Below are positions 24,619 to 36,800 of a stretch of 64,000 nucleotides of DNA, piece by piece. The notes below the pieces were generated by a model that did no database searches, was not told where the DNA came from, and was given only the letters and a program-made list of their open reading frames with translations. The position numbers and the translations under genes are program-made. The DNA is from Malacoraja senta (Eukaryota), in assembly GCA_038087875.1 (NCBI GenBank), contig JAXLNO010000600.1, positions 372,001 to 436,000 of the forward strand, given 5' to 3'. How positions within the stretch are numbered: position 1 is the stretch's first letter; each line of letters opens with the position of its first letter.

Positions 24619-25656
24619 AGATCAGAGTTGGAAGAGCAAATGCCCATTTTGTTTTAGACTATTTGTAGTTTAGTGCAGTCTGAATCCTACTTAACTTTTC
24701 AGCCTTTTAATAATTTAATAATGCCCCGTAAGAAGTCAAATTAATGGAAGCACCCACTCTCATTTCCTGGCCTGACTTGCAGTGTTGTCAGTCCAGGTAG
24801 TAATTAGGATGCTTCACTTTGCCCACGACCCTAGGCTAAGAAATAGCAATGCTCTCTGCAGCAAACTTCTTAAGGCACTTCACACAGCAACTGAAAAATG
24901 TTGGCGCCGGGCCACATAAGGAGATAATTAGCGCAGGTTACAGAAAATTTGATCAAAGCGGTAAGTTTTCAGCAGCTTGTTTGGAATGAAGGGACAAGTA
25001 GAGAAGAGGGTGTTCGCAGGGACAAGTGGGCTAGAGCAAGAGGGTCTCAGCTATAGGGAGGGGTTTAGTAGGCTGGAACTATTCCTTGGAGCGTTGGAGG
25101 ATACAGGGTGATCTTATTGAGGTGTATAAAATCATGAGAGGAATAGATCGGGTGGATGCACAGAGTCTCTTGCCCAGAGTAGGGGAATCGAGAACCAGAG
25201 GACATAGGTTTAAGATGAAGGAAAAAAGATTTAACAGTAATCATTGGAAATCCTGGAAGTTTATGGGGCTTATGAAGTTTATGGAGGAAATTACAGCAAT
25301 AAGAGGAGAAAAGGCAGCCATAGCCTAATAGAATGGTACAGCACAGTTGTATACGTCCATATGCTCATTTACACTAATCCCATTTGTTATGCCAACATTG
25401 CATCAATCATTATATCATTAAGCTGAGAAGAGTGCAGAGAAAATTTACGAGGATGTTGCCAGGACCTGAGGGCCTGAGCTATAGGGAGAGGTTGGGCAGA
25501 CTAGGACTCTATTCCTTACAGCGCAGGAGGCTGAGGGGTGATCTTATAGAGGTGTATAAAATCATGAGGGGAATTGACAGTGTCTTTTACCCAGGGTAAG
25601 GGAATCAAGTGGACGGAGGTTTAAGTTAAGAGGGGAAAGATTTAATCGGAACGTGA

Positions 25657-26755
25657 GAAACATAGAAACATAGAAAATAGGTGCAGAAGGAAGCCATTCG
25701 GCCCTTCATAGATACATAGATGCATAGAAAATAGGTGCAGGAGTAGACCATTCGGCCCTTCGAGCCTGCACCGCCATTCAATATGATCATGGCTGATCAT
25801 CCAACTCAGTATCCCATACCTGCCTTCTCTCCATACCCCCTGATCCCTTTAGCCACAAGGGCCACATCTAACTCCCTCTTAAATATAGCAAATGAACTGG
25901 CCTCCACTACCCTCTGTGGCAGAGAGTTCCAGAGATTCACCACTCTCTGTGTGAAAAAGTTTTTTCTCATCTCGGTCTTAAAGGATTTCCCCCTTATCCT
26001 TAAGCTGTGACCCCTTGTCCTGGACTTCCCCAACATCGGGAACAATCTTCCTGCATCTAGCCTGTCCAACCCCATAAGAATTTTGTACGTTTCGATAAGA
26101 TCCCCTCTCAATCTCCTAAATTCTAGCGAGTATAAGCCAAGTCTATCCAGTCTTTCTTCATATGAAAGTCCTGACATCCCAGGAATCAGTCTGGTGAACA
26201 TTCTCTGCACTCCCTCTATGGCTATAATGTCATTCCTCAGATTTGGAGACCAAAACTGTACGCAATACTCCAGGTGTGGTCTCACCAAGACCCTGTACAA
26301 CTGCAGTAGAACCTCCCTGCTCCTATACTCAAATCCTTTTGCTTTTCCTTCGAGCCAGCATCGCCATTCATTGTGATCATGGCTGATCGTCCCCTGTCAA
26401 TAACCCGTGCCTGCCTTCTCCCCATATCCCTTGACTCCACTAGCCCCTAGAGCGCTATCTAACTCTCTCTTAAATCCATCCAGTGACTTGGCCTCCACTG
26501 CCCTCTGTGGCAGGGAATTCCATAAATTCACAACTCTCTGGGTGAAAAAGTTTTTCCTCACCTCCGTCTTAAATGACCTCCCCTTTATTCTAAGACTGTG
26601 GCCCCTGGTTCTGGACTCGCCCAACATTGGGAACATTTTTCCTACATCTAGCTTGTCCAGTCCTTTTATAATTTTATATGTTTCTATAAGATTCCCCCTC
26701 ATCCTTCTAAACTCCAGTGAATACAAGCCTAGTCTTTTCAATCTTTCCTCATATG
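25657..26755 (-). mobile_element. Two adjacent CR1 3' fragments of different subfamilies
   Basis: ORFs 25806..26300 and 26397..26741; (TTTCTATG)n tail near 25660-25730. Confidence 0.9.
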
Positions 26756-27159
26756 AGGAGGGGCAACTTTTTCTCTCAAAGGGTGAATGAATGAATGCTT
26801 TATAGTCACATGTGACAAGTCACAGTGAAACTCATAAAGGGCTCTTACAAAGTACCTCCGCGCCGGGTCCCCCTTTGTTCTTACCCCCTCCCCTTCCCTC
26901 ACGGCAGTCACCCACGCCGGTTCCCCCTTTGTTCCTCCTTGGTTTATGAAACTATCTGCTAGAGGAGGTAGTTGAGGGAGGTATTATAACAGCATTTAAA
27001 AGACACTTGATCAGGTACATGGATAGGGAAGGTTGAGAGGAATATGGGCCAAACACTGGCAAATGGGACTCGCATAAATAGGGCAACTTGGTCTGATGGA
27101 CAAGTTAGGCTGAAGGTCCTCTTTCCGTGCTGTCTGACTATGGAATACCAGAGCAGGCA

Positions 27160-28810
27160 TAAGTAAATAGGAAGAGGTATATAAATTGGCCAGAAGAAGC
27201 AGCAAACCAGAGGACTGGGAGAAATTTAGAACTCAACAGAGGAGGACAAAGGGGTTAATTAAGAGGGGGGGAAAAGAGCATGAAAGAAAGCTTGCGGGGA
27301 AGGTAAAAACTGACTGTAAAAGTTTATTTATGTATGTAAAAAAGGAAAAGATTAGGGAAGACGAATGTAGGTCCCTTACAGTCAGTGACAGATGAATTTA
27401 TATTGGGAAACAAGGAAATGGCAGGTCAGTTAAACAAGTGCTTTGGTTCTGTCTTCACTTGGGAAGACACAAACAATGTCCCGGAAATACTAGGGAACCG
27501 ATGATCTAGTGGGAGGGAGGAACTGGAATCCATATTAGTCAGAAAATGGTGTTAGGTAAACAGTTGGGACTGAAGGCAGATAAATCCCCAGGGCCTGATG
27601 TTCTGCATCCCAGAGTACTCAAGGAGGTGGCCCCTAGAAATCGTGGATGCATTGGTGATCATTATTCAATCTTCTCTCGACTCTGGATCAGTTCCTGTGG
27701 ACTGGAGGGTAGCCAATGTAACTCCACTTTTTAAGAAAGAAGGGAGAGAGAAAACGGGGAATTATAGACCAGTTAGCCTTACATCGGTAGTGGGGAAGAT
27801 GCTGGAGTCGATTATTAATGATGTTATAGCAGCGTATTTGGAAAGCAGTGACGGGATCGGTCAAAGTCAGCATGGATTTGTGAAGGGGAAATCATGCTTA
27901 TTTAATCTTCTGGAATTTTCTGAGGATGGATAAGGGAGAGCCAGTGGATGTGGTGTATCTGGACTTTCAAAAAGCCTTTGACAAGGTCCCACATATTAGT
28001 GTGCAAAATTAGAGCACATGGTATTGGGGGTAGGGTATTGACATGGATAGAGAAGTGGTTGGCAGATAGGAAGCAAAGAGTAGGAATTAACAGGTCCTTT
28101 TCAGAATGGCAGGCAGTGACTAGTAGGGTGCCGCAAGGCTCGGTGCTGGGACTCCAGTTGTTTACAATATAAATTAATGATTTAGACGAGAGAATTAAAT
28201 GTAACTTCCCTAAATTTGCAGATGACACAAAGCTGGGTGACAGTGTGAGCTGCGATGAGGTTGCTATGAGGCTGCAGGGTGACTTGGATAGGTTGGGTGA
28301 ATGGGCAGAAGCATGGCAGATGCAGTATAATGTGAATAAATGTGAGGTTATCCACTTTGGTGGCAAGAACAGGAAGACAGATTATTATCTGAATGGTGTC
28401 AGATTAGGAGAAGGGGAGGTGCAATGAGACCTGGGTGTGCTTGTACATCAGTCACTGAAAGTGAGCATGCAGGTACAGCAGGCAGTGAAGAAAGCTAATG
28501 GCATGTTGGCCTTCATTGCGAGAGAATTTGAGTTTAGGAGGTCCTACTGCAGTTGTACAGGGCCCTGGTGAGACCGCACCTAGAGTATTGTGTGCAATTT
28601 TGGTCTCCTAATTTGAGGAAGGACATTATTGCTATTGAGGGAGTGCAGCGTAGTTTCGCCAGGTTAATTCCCGGGATGGCGGGAATGACTTATGATGAAA
28701 GAATGGGTGGACTGGGCTTGTATTCGCTGGAATTTAGAAGGATGAGAGGGGATCGTACAGAAACATATAAAATTCTTAGAGGATTGGACAGGGTAGATGC
28801 AGGAAAAATG
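27160..28810 (+). mobile_element. Degraded CR1 ORF2 fragment
   Basis: [47 protein letters not shown] across several frameshifts. Confidence 0.92.
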
Positions 28811-28924
28811 ATCTTCAATCTCAGACAGAAATCAGCTCTGACTCTCTTATTTTGGTCAGATGGCTATACAACTAGGTTTCTCATTCAGAGACACGTCATA
28901 AACTAGACTGGGCATCTGAATTTC

Positions 28925-29560
28925 AGGTTAGGCAGAGGTTCACTTGCACCTCATCTACTATATCCGTTGTTCAAGATGTGGACTCTTATACATCGGCGAG
29001 ATCAAAGGTAGACTGGGCGATCGTTTGGCTGAACTCCTTCACTCAGTCCGTCTGAACCTACCTGATCTCCCGGCTGCTAAACGCTTTAATTCTCCTTCCC
29101 ATTCCCACGCTGACCTTTCTGTTCACGGTCTCCTCCATTGTCAGAGTGAGGCTAAACACACATTGGAGAAATAGCATCTCATATTTCGCTTGGGCAGCTT
29201 AGAGCCTAGTGATATGAATATTGATTTCTCTAACTTCAGGTAGCCCCGGCATTACAATCTCTCTCTATCCCTCCCCCACCCAAGTCGCACCAGTTTTTCG
29301 TTTTCACCTAACAAACAGTTAACAATGGCCTGCTTCCTTTATCATCGTTACTTTTTGCATATCTTTCATTCATTGTTCTTTATCTCTCTACATCATCGTC
29401 TATATCTCTCGTTCCCTTTTCCTTAACTAGTCTGAAGAAGGGTCTCGACCCGAAACGTCACCCATTCCTTCTCTCCAGAGATGCTGCCTGTTCCGCTGAG
29501 TTACTCCAGCATTTTGTGTCTACCTTTGTTTTAAACCAGCATCTGCAGTTCTTTCCTACA
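28925..29560 (+). mobile_element. Penelope-like element 3' fragment
   Basis: LIYYIRCSRCGLLYIGE..RLGDR GIY-YIG signature, followed by the terminal repeat. Confidence 0.9.
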
Positions 29561-29974
29561 CAGAAATGAACATGATTTTAAATCCATAAACTAGGATTCA
29601 GTCCGATCTCCATTACTTCATTGCGAACATTGGACTATGTCTCCTGAACTGATGCGCTACAATGCTGAGAACTATATTCTGCACTCTGTATTTTTCACTT
29701 TGCTCCATCTATTGTACTTGTGTTTTGCTTGCTTGTATTTATGTAAGATGTTCTCTGATTTATGTTGGAGGGAACTGCAAATGCTTGTTTACACCGAAGA
29801 TAGACACTAAATGCTGAAGTGACTCCGCGGGACAGGCAGCATCTCTGGGATAGATTCCTTCTATCCATAGACGCTGCGTGTCCCACTGAGTTACACCAGC
29901 ATTTTATGTTTATCTTCGGTGTTACCTAATTTGATTGAATAGCATGCAAAACAAAGCTTTTCACTGTACCTTGG

Positions 29975-30352
29975 TATCTCATTGAAACATATAAAATTGT
30001 TAAGGGCTTGGACACGCTAGAGGCAGGAAACATGTTTCCGATGTTGGGGGAGACCAGAACCAGGGGCCACAGTTTAAGAATAAGGAGTAAGCCATTTAGA
30101 ACGGAGACGAGGAAACACGTTTTCTCGCAGAGAGTGGTGAGGGCGTTGGAGGCAGGTTCTCTGGATGCTTTCAAGAGAGAGCTAGATAGGGCTCTTAAAA
30201 ATAGCGGAGTCAGGGGATATGGGGAGAAGGCAGGAACGGGGTACTTATTGGGGATGATCAGCCATGATCACATTGAATGGCGGTGCTGGCTCGAAGGGCC
30301 AAATGCCCTACTCCTGCACCTATTGTCTATTGTCCATTGTCTGTTGTCTATT
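29975..30352 (+). mobile_element. CR1 3' fragment
   Basis: ORF 30008..30358 and tail. Confidence 0.88.
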
Positions 30353-30552
30353 GTGTGACAATAATAAACCTAAACCTATTTCAATCTCGCCAATTAAAGA
30401 ACATTTCTACGGTATGATAGACTTCAATGAAGCATTTGTAAGTTGCCTGTAAGTTTGCAAGTCCCAAGCTTCATTGAATAGTGGTCGCATTCTTCATTTT
30501 ACTTGCCTAACATTGTGAATACAAGTTGCATTTTGTTTCTTTTCTCTTGCAG

Positions 30553-30610
30553 TCACGAAATCTTGAAAGGCATATCATTCACCGTTCAACCAGGACGCAC
30601 GCTGGCCCTG
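30553..30610 (+). CDS. ABCB6: ABCB6 coding exon (58 nt), (G)HEILKGISFTVQPGRTLAL
   Basis: tttctcttgCAG acceptor, GTAAGT donor; SFTVxPGxTLAL immediately precedes Walker A. Confidence 0.94.
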
Positions 30611-32066
30611 GTAAGTTTTCTGCAGTGTGTCAGCCATGTATTACTTGGTCCAGTCACACCACACTGATTCAGATCAGACTCGTTTATTGTCCTGTACACC
30701 AGGGGGCAATGGATTGTCTTGTTCATGTGAAGCTCACAGGCAAACAGTGTGGTATACGTACAATAAAGGCAAATATAACGATAAATAGAACAGCAAGTGC
30801 AAAGCAGAAGAATGCTGCGAGATAATATCCAAAGAACATTCTCAATCTTTTTCCTTTATTGTGTCTCATCGTTGTTGGTCCAGTCAACAGCGATATCATC
30901 GGTGAGCTTAAAGGTCGAGAATTTTATGTAATCATACGGCACGAAAACTGGCTCTTCAGCCCAGCTCACCCATGCTGACCAAGATGCCTATCTGCGCTGG
31001 TCCCACTTGCCTGCATTTGACCGATATCCCTCTCAACCGTTCCTATCCAGGTACCTGTCCAAATGTCTTGTAAATGTTGTTATTATAGACAATAGGTGCA
31101 GGAGTAGGCCATTCGGCCGTTCGAGCCAGGACCGCCATTCAATGTGATCATGGCTAATCATCCCCAATCAGTACCCCGTTCCTGCCTTCTCCCCATATCC
31201 CCAGACTCTGCTATCTTTAAGAGCCCTATCTAGCTCTCCCTTGAAAGTATCCAGAGAACCGGCCTCCACCGCCCCTCTGAGGCAGAGAATTCCACAGACT
31301 CACGACTCTCTGTGAGAAAAAGTGTTTCCTCATCTACGTTCTAAATGGCCTACCCCTTATTCTCAAACTGTGGCCCCTGGTTCTGGACTCCCCAACATCG
31401 GGAACATGTTTACATACTCTGTTGTGCTGCAGCAAGCAAGAATTTCATTCTCCTATCTGGGACAAATGACAATAAAGCTCTCTTGACTTGATTCTCTTGA
31501 CTTTTCAAGAAACCATCTTGGATGACAATAGACAATAGGTGCAGGAGTAGGCCATACGGCCCTTCAAGCCAGCACCGCCATTCAATGTGATCATGGCTGA
31601 TGCACCTGACAAATTCTACCCCATCTCAGCCTTTAGCACTGAGCAATTTCCAGCCAATATTGGGGACGTTAGTCACACAATACAACAACCCTGTTGTCTG
31701 CACATATGTTTTAAGATGTCAAACACCTCTTTTATTGTAATGCAGATTATCCCCAGGACTTCTCCATTTACTTGTAAAAAATGATTTATTCTGATAGTGA
31801 TGTTTAAGAAAGAACTGCAGATGCTTGAAAATCGAAGGTAGACAAAAATGCTGGAGAAACTCAGCGGGTGAGGCAGCATCTATGGAGCGAAGGAAATAGG
31901 CGACGTTTCGGGTCTTGACCCGAAACGTCGTCTATTTTCTTCGCTCCATAGATGCTGCCTCACCCGCTGAGTTTCTCCAGCATTTTTGTCTATTCTGACA
32001 GTGAAATCATTTTGTGATTAAAAAAAATTCACAAACTGAAAATCTTCTATGTAGTTGTAACCCTAA

Positions 32067-32376
32067 AGGGCCTGTCCCACTGTACGAGCTAATTCAAGAG
32101 TTCTCCCGAGTTTCCCCTGATTCGAACTCGGAGAATTACGGTAATAGCCGCTCGTAGGTACTCGGGGCTCTCGTGGACATTTTTCAACATGTTGAAAAAT
32201 CTTCACGAGCTTACCGCGTTTCCCAAGTACCTGCCGTTAGCGTTACGAGCCGCTAAGAGACGTCCCGAGCTCCGACGTACCTGCTACGTACATTCTACGT
32301 GCTTACCACGAGTTCGATTTTTTTTTTTTTAACTCGGGAGAGCTCTTGAATTACCTCGTACAGTGGGACAGGCCCT
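32067..32376. mobile_element. Harbinger-type MITE
   Basis: TAA|AGGGCCTGTCCCACTGTACGAG ... CTCGTACAGTGGGACAGGCCCT|TTA. Confidence 0.9.
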
Positions 32377-32492
32377 TTACGTGACCCCCACCCCAGTAGA
32401 GGGAGATCTCACCCTGATGGAAGAAGCCCTTCAATATCTGACCCAAGTGGAGTAAACGTCGGTGCTGATTATTACTATCAGGAAGGAATTAA

Positions 32493-32823
32493 TGGCCCTG
32501 TCCCACGATGCGAGTTCATTCAAGAGCTTTCCCGAGTTTTAAAAAAAGATCAAACTCATGGTAAGCACAGAGAATGAACGTAGCGGGTACGTCGGTGCTC
32601 GGGGACATCTCTTAGCAGCTCATAACGCTAACGGCAGGTACTCGGGAAGACTCGCTAACGGCAGGTAAGCACGGGAAGACTCGTAAAGATTTTTCAACAT
32701 GATGAAAAATGTCCACGAGAGCCCCGAGTACCGACGAGCGGCCATTACCGTAAATCTCAGAGTTCGAATCAGGGCAAACTCGGGAGAACTCTTTGAATGA
32801 ACTCGTACAGTGGGACAGGGCTT
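32493..32823. mobile_element. Harbinger-type MITE, related subfamily in the opposite orientation
   Basis: GGCCCTGTCCCAC ... GTGGGACAGGGC termini; body resembles the reverse complement of 32067-32376. Confidence 0.82.
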
Positions 32824-33049
32824 TGACTGAACTCTTTATACTTGCTGTACAAGTCATAATCATCAGGACAGCCATCATTATCACAAAGCCTGGAGGGATT
32901 CAGAGAAAGTTTCTCCAGGTAATGGATGAATGAATAATAATTGTGTCCATACAAGTTTTAGTTTGTTAAAATTAACTTAACGATGGAAAATAATTGTGGT
33001 AACATGGCATTCCAGCCCAGTTAATGGAAAAAACTGGCTTTTACACTAG

Positions 33050-33600
33050 AGTCAAGAGTGTTTTATTGTCATATGTCCCGGATGGGACAATGAAATTCTT
33101 ACTTGCTGTAGCACAACAGAATATGTGAATATGTAAACATAGTACATAACGGGGGAAGAGAAAAAAAAGTTCAATAAATAACAAATATAGTGCAAATAAC
33201 AAATAATAATATAGTCTTTTGTAGTTCAGAGCTCAGAGCTTATTCGTTGTGTTTAATAGCCCGATGGCTGTGGGGAAGGAGCTGTTCCTGTACCTGGACG
33301 TTACAGTTTTCAGGCTCCTGTACCTTCTTCCTGATGGCAGGGGTGAGATGAGTGTGTGGCCAGGATGGTGTGGGTCTTTGATGATGTTGGCTGCCTTTTT
33401 GAGGCAGTGACTATGATAGATCCCTTCGACGGTGGGGAGGTCAAAGCCGGTGATGAACTGGGCAGTCGTCACAACTTTTTGTGGTGTTTTTCGCTCCTGG
33501 ACGTTCAAGTTGCCGAACCAGGCCGCGATGCAGCCAGTCAGAATGCTCTCTGCCGTGCACCTGTAGGGAAAATCCTCTTCGACATGCCGAATCTCCGTAA
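33050..33600 (-). mobile_element. Rex1/Babar-clade LINE 3' fragment
   Basis: YRCTAESILTGCIAAWFGN...PSGRRYRSLKT..SRYRNSSFP; ends GACAATAAA. Confidence 0.82.
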
Positions 33601-33703
33601 AATAGACGAACCGTGTAACTATAGATGATGTAACTGTGGACATATAAAGCACAGGATATTCTAACCATTGGATTAACAATTTTCTTTCTTGTATTTTGTT
33701 CAG

Positions 33704-33808
33704 GTTGGACCCTCTGGTGCAGGGAAAAGCACTATCATCCGTCTCCTCTTCCGATTTTATGACATCAAGGGAGGTTGCATTAAAATTGATGGCCAAGACA
33801 TCTCAAAG
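33704..33808 (+). CDS. ABCB6: ABCB6 coding exon (105 nt), [35 protein letters not shown] (Walker A)
   Basis: ttttgttCAG acceptor, GTAAAT donor; GPSGAGKST Walker A and RLLFRFYD, typical of the ABCB6/ABCB7/Atm1 subfamily. Confidence 0.96.
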
Positions 33809-34780
33809 GTAAATGGGAAAATAAAGTAAGAAATAGAAGTAAGAGTACTTTGCAGAGTTGTGGATGTAGCCCAGTCCATCAAAAATAACAGACTTATCAC
33901 TATTAACTCCATCGACACTTCACACTGTCTTGGAAAAGTAGCCAACATAATCAAAGACTTGTCCCACCCCGGACATTCCTTCTCCTCGTGTTTTACTAGA
34001 CTTGTTGCAGATTGAGGGGGTTAATTTACGAGACAAAATGACGTTAAGCTGGTGATCTCATTGAGTCGTGCAAGGTGGTGAGGGAGCTTAATGGTGTAGA
34101 TATTGTGGAGGAGTGTAGAGCTAGGGACATTGTAATGGAAAAGGCATTTGTGACTGAGATAAGAGAACATTTCTTCTTGATGTTTGAAATTCTCTGCCTC
34201 TAAGACTCTAGATGCTGCGCCATTGAAAACATTCATGGCCAAGACATTAGGCGCCCATGTGTGGGGGATTGAGTCGGGAAAATGGAAATGAGACCAAGAA
34301 TCACGTTTTCCAGAATCTTGTATAGGAAGGAACTGCAGATGCTGAATTAAACCGAAGATGGACACAAAAAGCTGGAGTAACTCAGCGGGACAGGCAGCAT
34401 CTCTGGCGAGAAGAAATAGGTGACGTTTCGGGTCGAGACCCTTCTTCAGACTGAAGAAGGGTCTTGACCTGAGACGTCACCCATTCCTTCTCTCCAGAGA
34501 TGCTGCCGGTCCCACTGAGTTACTCCAGCTTTTTGTGTCTATCATCCATAATCTACGGAAGGATCATAAGACCTATTTCTGTTTCCATTGTTTATGTTCT
34601 TATAGTTTAGTAGATGAATGAAAGAACATCTTCATATAGACAAATGGATTCTCTTGACGAAATCCGTAACTCGTAAAGAATGCTTGTTGAAACGGCTGGG
34701 TAAAAAGAATGTTCCACTGTTTTTGCCAAGAGTTTGGTTTTGCAGTAATTGGTGCTTGCAAGTCATGCCAAGCTGGATTT

Positions 34781-35075
34781 GTTTAGTTTAGTTTAGTTTA
34801 GAGATACAGCGCGGAAACAAGCCCTTCAGCCCACCGGGTCCGCGCCGACCAGCGATCCCTGCACATTAACACTATCCTACACCCACTAGGGACAATTTTT
34901 ACATTTACCAAGCCAATTAACCTACGAACCTGCACGTCTTTGGAGTGTGGGAGGAAACCGAAGATCTCGGAGAAAACCCACGCAGATCACGGGGAGAACG
35001 TACAAGCTCCGTAGTCAGAATCGAACCCGGGTCTCTGGCGCTGTGAGGCAGTAACTCTACCGCTGTGCCACCGTG
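34781..35075 (-). mobile_element. tRNA-derived HE1/V-SINE-like SINE
   Basis: Minus strand: A-box TGGCACAGCGG, B-box GGTTCGATTC, core GGTTTCCTCCCACACTCCAAAGAC, CR1-like 3' end, (CTAAA)n tail. Confidence 0.85.
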
Positions 35076-35462
35076 ACCTCCCTGAAAGGATGTTCTAAAA
35101 AATATGCTGGAACATTCTCCCATTGTGCAATGCCCAAAGCACTGGGAGCAGTGGAACAGGTCCTGTACATTCAGTGACCCAGTAAGGCTTTTCTTTGCCA
35201 TTCTTTCATCATTCCAGAAGGGAGAACATACATTGAGCAGTGATTGAGAAATAGAATGGGAGATGATGGCTGGAGAGGTCAGTGTGTGAGAGCATGGAGA
35301 AGGGATACTAATGAGTTTGGAGTTTTGAGAAGTCCATGAACAAATGGGGTGGGATTGGCATGGACGGTGGAAGGGATGAGAAGGGAAACTCTTTGAGGAA
35401 GATAGCCCAGATATTGTAGCGATCAATCTTCCAGTTAAAAGCTACTCCAATTTTTGACTGAT

Positions 35463-35918
35463 CTAGGTGTCAGCTGCTCTACATCGGTGAGACCAAGCGT
35501 AGGCTTCGCCCAACACCTCCGCTCGGTTCGCAATAACCAACCTGATCTCCCGGTGGCTCAGCACTTCAACTCCCCCTCCCATTCTGAATCCGACCTTTCT
35601 GTCCTGGGCCTCCTCCATAGCCAGAGTGAGGCCCACCGTAAATTGGAGGAGCTGCACCATATATTTCGCTTGGGCAGTTTACACCTCAGCGGTATGAACA
35701 TTGACTTCTCCAATTTCAGGTAGTCCTTGCTTTCTCCCTCCTTCCCCTCCCCTTCCCAGCTCTCCCTCAGCCCACTCTCTCTGCTTCCTTTCTTTTTCCC
35801 ACGCCCCCCCACCCTCACATCAGTCTGAAGAAGGGTCTCGACCCGAAACGTCGCCTATTTCCTTCGCTCCATGGATGCTGCCTCACCCGCTGAGTTTCTC
35901 CAGCATTTTTGTCTACCT
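35463..35918 (+). mobile_element. Penelope-like element 3' fragment
   Basis: YIGETKR...HLRSVRNNQPDLPVAQHFNSPSHSESDLSVLGLLH plus terminal repeat. Confidence 0.9.
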
Positions 35919-36304
35919 CCAATTTTTGACCATTAGCCTTGTGCATTATAAATGAATTGGCATCATCGTGCATGTGCAGCGACCTACCCCGATCAAGAGT
36001 CAATGTTTTGTCTGTGCCTACGTGTTAAAATTCAGTTGGCATCCCAGATCCTACACTATTTCTTGAAATGGTTAAGCACTGGGTAAGGAAATAAATAATT
36101 TGCTCTTGTAAATAGGCAGGGCACAAGATTGCACACCAGGGAACCACTTCTTTTTCACTTTCCATCGGTTACCCTCCTATCCATTTATCTGGAGGGAAAA
36201 TAATTTCCATTGAACCTTTTTAACTTCCTTTCAGGATTTTCCAAAGCGCTTTACATTGTATGAAATACTTTGGAAGCTCTGTTGCTCTGGAGAATTTATG
36301 TGCA

Positions 36305-36800
36305 ACATTTATTCAGTTTCAATTTGTTGCGTGCTAACCAGTCAGCAGAATGACAACACATGATTGCAATCGATCCATTTACAGTGTATAGATGCATCAT
36401 ATCGGAATAACGTTTAGTGCAATGTAAAGCCAGCAAAGTCCAAACAAGGATAGGCTGAGGGTCATCAGTGGTAGATAGTAGTTCAGGACGGCTCTCTAGT
36501 TGTGGTGGGATGGTTCAGTTGCCTGATAACAGTCCCTGAATCTGGAGGTGTGCGTTTTCACACTTCTGTACCTCTTGCCTGATGGGAGAGGGGAGAAGTG
36601 GCCAGGCTGCGACTCGTCATTGATTATTCTGCTGGCCTTGTCGAGGCAGCCTGAGGTATCAATGGAGTCAATAGAAGGGAGCTTGGTTTGTGTGATGGTC
36701 TGGGCTGCGTCCACAATTCGCTGCAATTTCCTGCAGTCTTGAATGGAGTTGTTCCCAAACCAAGCTGTGATGCATCCTGATAACATTCTTTCTATGGTGC
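36305..36800 (-). mobile_element. Rex1/Babar-clade 3' fragment
   Basis: LSGCITAWFGN..LQRIVDAAQ..PSGKRYRS. Confidence 0.8.

Noticed and set aside
33233..33796. 187-aa minus-strand ORF overlapping the Walker A exon
   Set aside because: Chance join of the antisense of an ABCB6 exon, intron sequence and a Rex1 fragment.
34990..35075. tRNA-like A and B boxes
   Set aside because: They form the head of a SINE that continues into the SINE core and tail; not a tRNA gene.
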